Below, one piece after another: positions 9,962-18,103 of a stretch of DNA of 64,000 nt (position 1 is its first letter; each line of letters begins with the position of its first letter). Origin of the DNA: Reclinomonas americana ATCC 50394 (taxonomy: Eukaryota). The stretch lies in the NCBI GenBank assembly GCA_048213135.1, contig PS015009.1:310001-374000 (forward strand), read 5' to 3'. The position numbers were made by a program, and so were the translations under genes. The notes under the pieces were generated by a model. The model was not told the DNA's origin, did no database searches, and saw only the letters and a list, made by a program, of their open reading frames with translations.

Positions 9962-11137
9962 TTACCCCTGCACTCCCAGGAAGGCCATCATACCCATACC
10001 GGTTTCGATGGCCTTTTCGTCTATATTAAAAGTAGGGGTATGTACACCGGCTGATATGCCTTTGGCTTTGTTGCCCACACCCAGCCGGAAAAAACAACCC
10101 GGAATTTGGTGAGAATAATAAGCGAAGTCTTCGGCACCCATGCGCAACTCTGTAGTCTCTACATTAGCGGCACCCATATAATCTTCTCCCAATGCCCTGG
10201 CCTTATCATTGAGTGCTTCATTGTTGAGCACAAAGGGATAGCCCACATCGATATGGATATCGGCTTCGGCACCCATAGCAGCCACCAGTTCTTTCACCTG
10301 CTTGCGGATGAGTTCATGTGCGGCAAAACGCCACTCTTCATTCATCGCCCTGAAAGTGCCCATCAGCTTTACTTCCGAAGGAATGACATTGGTGGTATTA
10401 CCTCCCTGGAAAGAAGTGATCGACAATACAGAAGGGTTAAAAGGACTGTTGTTGCGGGATATGATCTGTTGCAGGCTCACCACCAGGTGGGAAGCGATGA
10501 GTATGGTATCGGCAGTGAAATGAGGCGAGGCCGCATGACCGCCTTTTCCTTTTATAGTGATATAGATCTCGTCGGCGCTGGCCATTACCATACCGCCGCG
10601 GAAACTCAACCGTCCCGTTTCCAAACCCGGGTGCACATGCAGGGCGAATATTCTTTCCGGCGCGGGATCCTGAAGTACGCCTTCTTTGATGAGCAGGCTG
10701 GCCCCACCGGGATTTTTTTCTTCTCCCGGCTGAAAGATCAGTTTTACCGAACCTGTCCACTCCTCTTTGGTTTCGTTCAGAATTTTAGCGGCGCCGAGCA
10801 GGCAGGTGGTATGCACATCATGACCACAGGCGTGCATGATGCCGGGGTTTAGCGATTTATAGCTAACGTCATTTTCTTCTGTAATAGGTAACGCGTCCAT
10901 ATCGGCACGAAGGGCTACTATGCGGCTCCCGGGATCTTTTCCTTCTATCAGCCCTACCACTCCGGTGCCGGCTTTCACTTCAAAAGGTATTCCCCAGCCT
11001 TTTAATTTTTCCTGTATAAAAGCGGAGGTTTCATATTCCTGGTAACTGAGTTCGGGATGGGCATGTATATGGTGGCGCACGGCAATGAATTCGTCGGCGT
11101 ACCGGTGAGCGAGTTCCTGTATCTTGTCCTTAAGCAT
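9962..11137 (-). CDS. M20D family amidohydrolase/carboxypeptidase
   Basis: HPELS, LRADMDALP, MHACGHD, FQPGEE, GAEDFAYY and H.PTFNIDE motifs. Confidence 0.92.
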   Translation of the reverse strand: MLKDKIQELAHRYADEFIAVRHHIHAHPELSYQEYETSAFIQEKLKGWGIPFEVKAGTGVVGLIEGKDPGSRIVALRADMDALPITEENDVSYKSLNPGIMHACGHDVHTTCLLGAAKILNETKEEWTGSVKLIFQPGEEKNPGGASLLIKEGVLQDPAPERIFALHVHPGLETGRLSFRGGMVMASADEIYITIKGKGGHAASPHFTADTILIASHLVVSLQQIISRNNSPFNPSVLSITSFQGGNTTNVIPSEVKLMGTFRAMNEEWRFAAHELIRKQVKELVAAMGAEADIHIDVGYPFVLNNEALNDKARALGEDYMGAANVETTELRMGAEDFAYYSHQIPGCFFRLGVGNKAKGISAGVHTPTFNIDEKAIETGMGMMAFLGVQG

Positions 11138-11156
11138 GAGTATATATCGGCCGGTT

Positions 11157-11188
11157 AAAAAAAAAGAGTTTCAAAACTGAAACTCTTT
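11157..11188 (-). terminator. Intrinsic terminator after deoC-SPOR
   Basis: AAAGAGTTTCA-aaac-TGAAACTCTTT stem; A-run gives a U tail on the minus strand. Confidence 0.7.
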
Positions 11189-11203
11189 ATAAATGTAAAT
11201 GCT

Positions 11204-11662
11204 TTATGGCAATTCGCCTTCTTTATTCTTGTCCTTGTCCGGTTTCACTTCCACAATCTCGGGGATCACATACACGTTACCAGTAACGATCTTTCCTTTC
11301 ATAATCAGCAGGCGGTATTTTTCCGCGTCCGCCTTCTCTACAAAATCGCCGAACTTGAGTTTAATGAACGGCGCCTGGAAGATCATGTAAGGCTTCTGGT
11401 CAGGGAAAACCTGCATCAGCTGCGCCCTTACCTTCATTACTTCTTCGCGGTTGTTACTTTTAAGTATGAAAAGCCGGTAGCCTTTGGCGGAACGTACACC
11501 ACCGGCGTTGAATTCCGCTTCTTTTTTAGCAAGAATATCCAGCCTGGGGTCTTTGAATACTTTAATGGTGGGACTGTCAGTGGGCAATACAGCCGCAGGT
11601 GTTTGTGCCGAAACCCATGTGCCCGAAATGGTCAGTACGAATAAATACGCTAATGATTTCAT
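11204..11662 (-). CDS. SPOR domain protein
   Basis: Signal peptide from MKSLAY; KGYRLFI...FQAPFIKLKFGDF SPOR-like motif. Confidence 0.75.
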   Translation of the reverse strand: MKSLAYLFVLTISGTWVSAQTPAAVLPTDSPTIKVFKDPRLDILAKKEAEFNAGGVRSAKGYRLFILKSNNREEVMKVRAQLMQVFPDQKPYMIFQAPFIKLKFGDFVEKADAEKYRLLIMKGKIVTGNVYVIPEIVEVKPDKDKNKEGELP

Positions 11663-11691
11663 GTATGCTGTTTTACAAAAACTATTCCGTT

Positions 11692-12357
11692 TCAGTTTAA
11701 TGCCTGTTTTTCTTCCGCGACGATCTGTATGCTGCTGCTGCATCCGAGGCGGTCAGCACCTGCGTCTATCAGAGCTTTGGCAAACGCGTAGGTTTTGATA
11801 CCTCCGCTGGCCTTGATCTGCACCGCATCTGCCAGGTGTTTGCGCATGAGGGTTACGGCTTCAACTGAAGCCCCCTTTTCCGCGTAACCGGTACTCGTCT
11901 TCATAAAATCCACCCCGGCAGCGCCATAAATATCACAACAGGTGATGATCTCCTCTTCTGTCAGTATACCGCTTTCAATGATCACTTTGATCTGCCTGCC
12001 CTTGCTGCGGATCAGTGGCAGTACCGCGTTGATCTCGCTGGCGAGGAACTGCCAGTCGCGGTTCTTCACCGCGCTGATGTTGATCACCATATCCAGTTCA
12101 TCGGCCCCGTCAACAATGGCCAGCACGGTTTCCGCTACCTTGGCCTCTATCGCCGAATACCCGAAAGGAAAACCAATAACAGTAGCCACTTTTACGCCTG
12201 AGCCTTCCGTCTGTTCTTTTGCCCGGCGGACAAACAGGGGCGGCACGCATACCGCGGCAAAACCGTACTCACGGGCTTCTGCGCACAACTTGTCAATATC
12301 CGCCACGGTGGTGGTCGGCTTCAATATGGTATGATCGATATACGCTGCTATGGACAT
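11692..12357 (-). CDS. deoC: Deoxyribose-phosphate aldolase
   Basis: IDHTILKP, VIGFPFG, GADELDMVIN, KTSTG, KASGGI, RLGCSS. Confidence 0.96.
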   Translation of the reverse strand: MSIAAYIDHTILKPTTTVADIDKLCAEAREYGFAAVCVPPLFVRRAKEQTEGSGVKVATVIGFPFGYSAIEAKVAETVLAIVDGADELDMVINISAVKNRDWQFLASEINAVLPLIRSKGRQIKVIIESGILTEEEIITCCDIYGAAGVDFMKTSTGYAEKGASVEAVTLMRKHLADAVQIKASGGIKTYAFAKALIDAGADRLGCSSSIQIVAEEKQALN

Positions 12358-12475
12358 GATGCTGTAATGGGGGCAAAAGTACCGCTTTTCCGGCCAACTA
12401 AATTACGCGGGTGGTTATTGAAAAGTACAATCATTTGTTATATTTAACCCTTTATTCATTCCTAAATTACACTGC

Positions 12476-15400
12476 ATGCGAAAATCCAGCCTCCTGACCT
12501 TTTTCCTGGTCATTTTACTGGGGATACCTGCCGCCCGGGCGCAGAGCACCTTTCCGGTGAATGATGTGGCCAATCCCCGCGAAGCCTGTTATGCCTTTAC
12601 CGGCGCCAGTATTGTAAAAGATGCGCAAACCACCCTGCAAAATGCCACCCTGGTGATCAGGCAGGGGAAGATTGAAGCCGTGGGTGTTAACGTCCCCATT
12701 CCGAAAGATGCTGTAGTAGTTGATTGTAAAGGGAAGTACATCTACCCTTCTTTTATCGATATGCATTCCGATTATGGTACACAACCTGTACAACGGGCAG
12801 GTTTTGGCGGCTTCGGCCGCGGATCGCAGATGCTGTCCGATACCAAAGGCGCCTATGGCTGGAACCAGGCCATCAAGTCGGAAGTGGATGCCGCTAAAAT
12901 ATTCCTGGTCAATGAAAGCAGGGCCAAAGAACTGCGCAATACCGGCTTTGGTTCGGTACTCACCCACCAGGCCGATGGCATCTCCCGTGGTACAGGCGTT
13001 TTTGTAACCCTGGCCAATGATAAAGAGAACAATGTTATACTGAAAGAGCGGGCCTCTGCCAATTACTCTTTCGATAAAGGCAGTTCAACACAGGATTACC
13101 CGGGTTCGCTGATGGGTTGTATCGCCCTGCTGCGCCAGAACTTCCTGGATGCGCAGTGGTATAAAACACGTCCCGCTTCGGAAGGTGTTAACCTGTCGCT
13201 GCAGGCATTTAACGATAACCAGTCGCTGCCGCAGGTATTTGAATGCACCGATAAATGGAATGATCTCCGTGCCGATAAAGTAGGCGACGAATTCGGCGTG
13301 CAATATATTATCAGGGCCGGTGGCAATGAGTACCAGCGCATCAGTGAAGTAAAAGCCACCAATGCCACTTTCATCGTTCCGCTCAATTTCCCGCAGGCTA
13401 TGGATGTGGAAGACCCTACCGATGCCCGTTTTGTTTCGCTTGCCGATATGAAACACTGGGAAATGGCGCCCCTCAACCCCGGCGCTTTTGAGAAAGCCGG
13501 TATCAATTTCGCACTTACCGCCAGCGGATTGAAAGAAACCAGCTCTTTCCTGTCTAACCTGCGCAAAGCCATACAGAACGGGCTTTCCGAAACCCGTGCC
13601 CTGGAAGCGCTGACCAAAACACCGGCCTCACTGTTAGGCGTATACGAAAAAGTGGGCAGCCTCGATGCAGGCAAGATCGCCGACTTCCTCATTACATCAG
13701 GCCCCATCTTTAATGAAAGGACAGTCATTTTCCAGAACTGGGTACAGGGCAGCAGGTATATCGTAAAAGAAGAAGGCTGGAAAGATATCCGTGGGACATA
13801 TAACCTAATGGTGAATAATGAAACGTACCGCCTGGAAGTGAAAGGCGAAGCGGCTAAACCAACCGCTGCTATTATAGCGGCAGACACCATAAAAGTTGAC
13901 CTCACCTTACAGGACCCGCTGGTTAAACTGAATTTCAGTCCGCGTAAAGATACCACCGTCGTTAGCAGTAACATTCGCCTGAGCGGTGTAGCCGGTGCCG
14001 GCAGCTGGAGCGGTACAGGACAGTTACCCAATGGCAGCTGGACCAGCTGGACCGCTGTGAAGACCGGTGATGCGCCTGAAGGCCGTGGTGGCCGCATGGG
14101 GATGAACGACAGCAGCCGCAGGAGAAGGAATGACCCCAATTCCAAAATACTTGGTACCGTATCGTATCCATTCAATGGCTACGGTTTTGCAACTGTACCA
14201 TCAGCAGAAACACTGCTGTTTAAAAACGCTACCGTGTGGACCAGCGACCAGCAGGGCAAACTGCTGAATACCGATGTGCTGGTGAAGAATGGTAAGATCG
14301 CCGCTATAGGTAAAAACCTCAGTGACCCTGCCGCCCGTGTTATCGACGCTACAGGCAAGCACCTTACCGCCGGCATCATCGACGAGCACTCGCATATAGC
14401 CGGAACCGGCAGCATCAATGAATGTTCGCAATCCGTTACTTCTGAAGTGCGTATTGGTGATATCATTGACCCCGATGATGTGGATATTTACCGCCAGCTG
14501 AGCGGCGGCGTTACCAGCAGTCATATCCTCCATGGCAGTTGCAATACCATTGGCGGACAAACACAATTACTCAAACTGCGCTGGGGTGCCAATGCCGAGC
14601 AGATGAAGTTCGCCAACTGGGACCCCTTCATCAAATTCGCCCTGGGTGAAAATGTAAAACGCAGCAGCACTACGCAAAATCAGAACCGTTTCCCCGATAC
14701 CCGTATGGGTGTGGAAGAAGTGCTGACAGACGCGTTTATGCGTGCCCGTGATTATGAAAAAGCCGGTCCGGGTAAAAGAAGGGACCTGGAACTGGACGCT
14801 CTTGTGGAGATACTCAACAAAAAACGTTTCATCACCTGTCACTCCTATGTGCAGAGCGAGATCAATGCTTTACTGAAAGTGGCGGATAAATTTGGTTTCA
14901 CCGTAAACACCTTCACGCATATACTGGAAGGCTATAAAGTGGCCGATAAAATGAAAGCTCATGGTGCCAACGCGTCTACCTTCAGCGACTGGTGGGCCTA
15001 CAAAATGGAAGTGGTGGATGCCATACCGCAGAACGCCGCCATTATGCAAAAAGTTGGTCTGAATGTAGCGATCAATTCTGATGATGCCGAAATGGCCCGC
15101 CGCCTGAACCAGGAAGCCGCCAAGAGCGTGAAGTATGCCGGCATGAGTGAAGAGGATGCGCTCAAAATGGTAACTATTAACCCAGCGGTCATGCTGCACA
15201 TATCTGACCGCACAGGCAGTATCAAAACCGGCAAGGATGCCGACCTTGTACTATGGAGTGATAACCCGCTGAGCATTTATGCCAAAGCTGAAAAAACGGT
15301 TGTTGATGGTGTGGTGGAATTTGACCGTGAAAGAGATCAGCAACTGCGGCTCGACATCGCCCGCGAAAAAGCCAGGCTGGTACAGAAGATGATCGGCGCC

Positions 15401-15535
15401 AAAAAAGGCGGTGAAAGAACCGGTCCTGCTATTCCTTCTTTCCGCAATGCGAATCATTGTGAAGAAGACCACAGCGAAGGACGCAGCCTGTGGGAAAGGA
15501 TCGAGGCCAGGATGGAAGCCACCGGCATTAATTAA
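12476..15535 (+). CDS. Exported tandem amidohydrolase-family protein
   Basis: Signal peptide; two amidohydrolase modules (FIDMHSD...GSLDAGKIADF and IIDEHSHI...GSIKTGKDADL). Confidence 0.85.
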   Translation: MRKSSLLTFFLVILLGIPAARAQSTFPVNDVANPREACYAFTGASIVKDAQTTLQNATLVIRQGKIEAVGVNVPIPKDAVVVDCKGKYIYPSFIDMHSDYGTQPVQRAGFGGFGRGSQMLSDTKGAYGWNQAIKSEVDAAKIFLVNESRAKELRNTGFGSVLTHQADGISRGTGVFVTLANDKENNVILKERASANYSFDKGSSTQDYPGSLMGCIALLRQNFLDAQWYKTRPASEGVNLSLQAFNDNQSLPQVFECTDKWNDLRADKVGDEFGVQYIIRAGGNEYQRISEVKATNATFIVPLNFPQAMDVEDPTDARFVSLADMKHWEMAPLNPGAFEKAGINFALTASGLKETSSFLSNLRKAIQNGLSETRALEALTKTPASLLGVYEKVGSLDAGKIADFLITSGPIFNERTVIFQNWVQGSRYIVKEEGWKDIRGTYNLMVNNETYRLEVKGEAAKPTAAIIAADTIKVDLTLQDPLVKLNFSPRKDTTVVSSNIRLSGVAGAGSWSGTGQLPNGSWTSWTAVKTGDAPEGRGGRMGMNDSSRRRRNDPNSKILGTVSYPFNGYGFATVPSAETLLFKNATVWTSDQQGKLLNTDVLVKNGKIAAIGKNLSDPAARVIDATGKHLTAGIIDEHSHIAGTGSINECSQSVTSEVRIGDIIDPDDVDIYRQLSGGVTSSHILHGSCNTIGGQTQLLKLRWGANAEQMKFANWDPFIKFALGENVKRSSTTQNQNRFPDTRMGVEEVLTDAFMRARDYEKAGPGKRRDLELDALVEILNKKRFITCHSYVQSEINALLKVADKFGFTVNTFTHILEGYKVADKMKAHGANASTFSDWWAYKMEVVDAIPQNAAIMQKVGLNVAINSDDAEMARRLNQEAAKSVKYAGMSEEDALKMVTINPAVMLHISDRTGSIKTGKDADLVLWSDNPLSIYAKAEKTVVDGVVEFDRERDQQLRLDIAREKARLVQKMIGAKKGGERTGPAIPSFRNANHCEEDHSEGRSLWERIEARMEATGIN

Positions 15536-15546
15536 TCATTCCAAAA

Positions 15547-16872
15547 ATGAAAGCAATGAAACAGTCAATGATAAAAATAATTTCTTCCCTGTTGCTGGCT
15601 TTGCCCTTATCGGCAGCCGCACAGGAAAACATGCACCCTTCCCCGGCGCAGAGCGGCGTGATCGCCCTCTCCAATGGTGTGATCCATGTGGGCAACGGGC
15701 AGGTGATTGAAAACGGCATGGTGGTTTTTGGCGGTGGTAAAATACTGGATGTACGTCCGTCCACTCCCATCGCCGATGTACGGGTAATCGACCTTAAGGG
15801 TAAACATGTTTATCCCGGTATCATCGCCGCCAGCACCAACCTGGGCCTGGTGGAAGTAGGTTCTGTAAGGGCCACTTTCGATTTTAACGAGCTCGGTGAT
15901 ATTAACCCCAGCATACGTTCGCTGGTGGCGTACAACACCGACAGTAAAGTGATCAATACCCTGCGCAGCAATGGCGTTTTGCTGGCACATATCGTTCCAC
16001 GCGGTGGCAGCATCAGCGGTAGTTCTTCCGTTGTACAACTGGATGCCTGGAACTGGGAAGATGCCGCCTACAAAACCGACAACGGCATTCACATGAATAT
16101 GCCCGCTCTTATTAACCGTCCCAACCAGTTTGGCGGAAGACGCCAGGGCGCCGACCAGGGCGATCCCGTAAAACGCGGGCTGGACCGGATTGAGGAAGTG
16201 CGTAAATTTTTCCGTGAAGCGAAGGCATATAAAGAAGAGACCAAACATACCGCGGTGAACCTGAAATATGAAGCGGTGAAAGGTTTGTTTGATCAGTCGC
16301 AAACTTTATTTGTGCATTGCGACCTGGTAAGGGAAATGATGGTGGCCATCAATTTTGCCAAAGAGTTCGGTTTCAAACTCTCCATCATCGGCGGCAGCGA
16401 CAGTTGGATCATACCCGGCATACTGAAAGAGAACAATGTTTCCGTTATACTCGCCGAACCGCACAGCCTGCCTTCCACTGATGATGATGATGTGGACCAG
16501 CCCTATAAAGTTGGTGCCGCTTTACAAAAAGCAGGTGTACTCTTTACCATTTGCCAGGAAGGTGGCGATGGATTCTGGCAGCAGCGTAACCTTCCTTTCC
16601 AGGCCGGTACCATGGCGGCTTACGGGCTCAGTAAAGAAGAAGCGCTGAGTGCTGTTACCCTCAATGCCGCGAAAATACTGGGCATCGACAACATAACCGG
16701 TTCACTGGAGAAAGGAAAGGACGCCAATATCGTAATCAGTGAAGGCGACCTGCTGGATATGAAAAGCAGTATTGTAACGCAGGCCTATATCCAGGGCCGT
16801 GAACTTAACCTCGATAATAAACAGACACAGTTGTACGAGCGGTATAAGTATAAGTACAATATCAGTAAGTAG
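15547..16872 (+). CDS. Exported amidohydrolase-family protein, probably non-catalytic partner
   Basis: Signal peptide; amidohydrolase fold motifs (GSLEKGKDANI), but the HxH site reads GIIAASTN. Confidence 0.8.
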   Translation: MKAMKQSMIKIISSLLLALPLSAAAQENMHPSPAQSGVIALSNGVIHVGNGQVIENGMVVFGGGKILDVRPSTPIADVRVIDLKGKHVYPGIIAASTNLGLVEVGSVRATFDFNELGDINPSIRSLVAYNTDSKVINTLRSNGVLLAHIVPRGGSISGSSSVVQLDAWNWEDAAYKTDNGIHMNMPALINRPNQFGGRRQGADQGDPVKRGLDRIEEVRKFFREAKAYKEETKHTAVNLKYEAVKGLFDQSQTLFVHCDLVREMMVAINFAKEFGFKLSIIGGSDSWIIPGILKENNVSVILAEPHSLPSTDDDDVDQPYKVGAALQKAGVLFTICQEGGDGFWQQRNLPFQAGTMAAYGLSKEEALSAVTLNAAKILGIDNITGSLEKGKDANIVISEGDLLDMKSSIVTQAYIQGRELNLDNKQTQLYERYKYKYNISK

Positions 16873-16905
16873 TAAGTAAAAAATAAAAAGTAAAAAAGTA
16901 AAAAT

Positions 16906-16942
16906 GTCCCTGATCCGGGATAAGATATCCCGGATCAGGGAC
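16906..16942. repeat. Perfect 17-bp hairpin
   Basis: GTCCCTGATCCGGGATA-aga-TATCCCGGATCAGGGAC. Confidence 0.9.
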
Positions 16943-16978
16943 CAATACAATTCGTAATTAGTAATTCGCAATTTCTTT

Positions 16979-17728
16979 ATGTCCCGCACACAAATACATT
17001 TCCTCGGCCATGCCAGTTTTAAAGTGATCAGTCCTGAAGGTGCTGTTATACTGATCGACCCTGTCATCAGCGACAGCGGTATTATCAGTGATCCAAAATT
17101 CAGGCACCACGATAAAGCCGATCTTGTATTGGTAACACATGGACATGATGATCATTTTGACCCGGCATTACCCGAATTCCTGAAAGCTACCGGCGCTGTA
17201 TTTACAGGCAATCCCTTGTGCCGCTACTTCATTGCCCAGCAGGGCGTGCCTGCATCGCAGATAGAGCCTATGAACCTGGGCGGAACCATCACCCTGAAAA
17301 AACACCCCATCAGCATCAGCATGGTACAGGCGCATCATGTGGCCCATATCGATATGGGTGGTAACCAGGCCATGCTGCCGCACAATACCGTAGGGTTCGT
17401 TCTTCATTTATCTGACAATATCAATATTTATTTCGCCGGCGATACCTGTGTTTTCGGCGATATGAAACTTATAGGTGAGCTGTACAAACCCACCATTGCC
17501 GTACTGCCCATTGGCGACCGGTACACCATGGGACCGATGGAAGCTGCCTATGCCGTAGGCCTGCTCAATGTACAGCACGTAATACCCTGTCATTACGGAA
17601 CATTCGACCAGCTTACCGGCACACCCGCCGAACTCATCTCCCTGCTGGCAGGGAAAGCCGAAGTATATATACTGGAGGCTGAAGAGGGAAAGAATAATAT
17701 GCTCGATACAGGGAAAGATCTCAGGTAA
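16979..17728 (+). CDS. MBL-fold metal-dependent hydrolase (UPF0173/UlaG-like)
   Basis: FLGHASF, THGHDDH, YFAGDT, LPIGDRYTMG, PCHYGTF. Confidence 0.88.
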   Translation: MSRTQIHFLGHASFKVISPEGAVILIDPVISDSGIISDPKFRHHDKADLVLVTHGHDDHFDPALPEFLKATGAVFTGNPLCRYFIAQQGVPASQIEPMNLGGTITLKKHPISISMVQAHHVAHIDMGGNQAMLPHNTVGFVLHLSDNINIYFAGDTCVFGDMKLIGELYKPTIAVLPIGDRYTMGPMEAAYAVGLLNVQHVIPCHYGTFDQLTGTPAELISLLAGKAEVYILEAEEGKNNMLDTGKDLR

Positions 17729-17801
17729 ACCATACATCATCCCTAAATATCCTCTGCAGGCATATCCCTTCCCGGTATCGTTCCTCGTTGGGAAAGGCTC
17801 C

Positions 17802-17870
17802 GTGTCATACCGAGGTAACGAGGTATCTTTCGCCACAGGAGAGAGATTCCTCCTGGCGTCGGAATGACAC
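17802..17870. repeat. REP-like palindromic element, copy 1
   Basis: GTGTCATACCGAGGTAACGAGGTATCT...AGATTCCTCCTGGCGTCGGAATGACAC; arms 21/27 complementary. Confidence 0.8.
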
Positions 17871-18103
17871 AAAGGGACAAGATTCAGAATGAACACTGCC
17901 ATTACCCCTCCCAGTTTGGATTTCCGCAAATAATGGCTATATTGCATACTCGTTGTTCAGGACGTAACCACCACAAGAACGCTTACCAGCCAACTATCCT
18001 CTGCCCGGACATGCGCCGGCTTTAGAAAGATCTTCCCCCCAACAATAAGTCATTTACCGTGATGAAATATTCGTCATGCTAACCCTTATTAAACCTTACA
18101 GGA

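Noticed and set aside
13096-14175. 359-aa antisense ORF
   Set aside because: Lies wholly opposite the well-supported amidohydrolase gene and has no recognisable motifs; shadow ORF.
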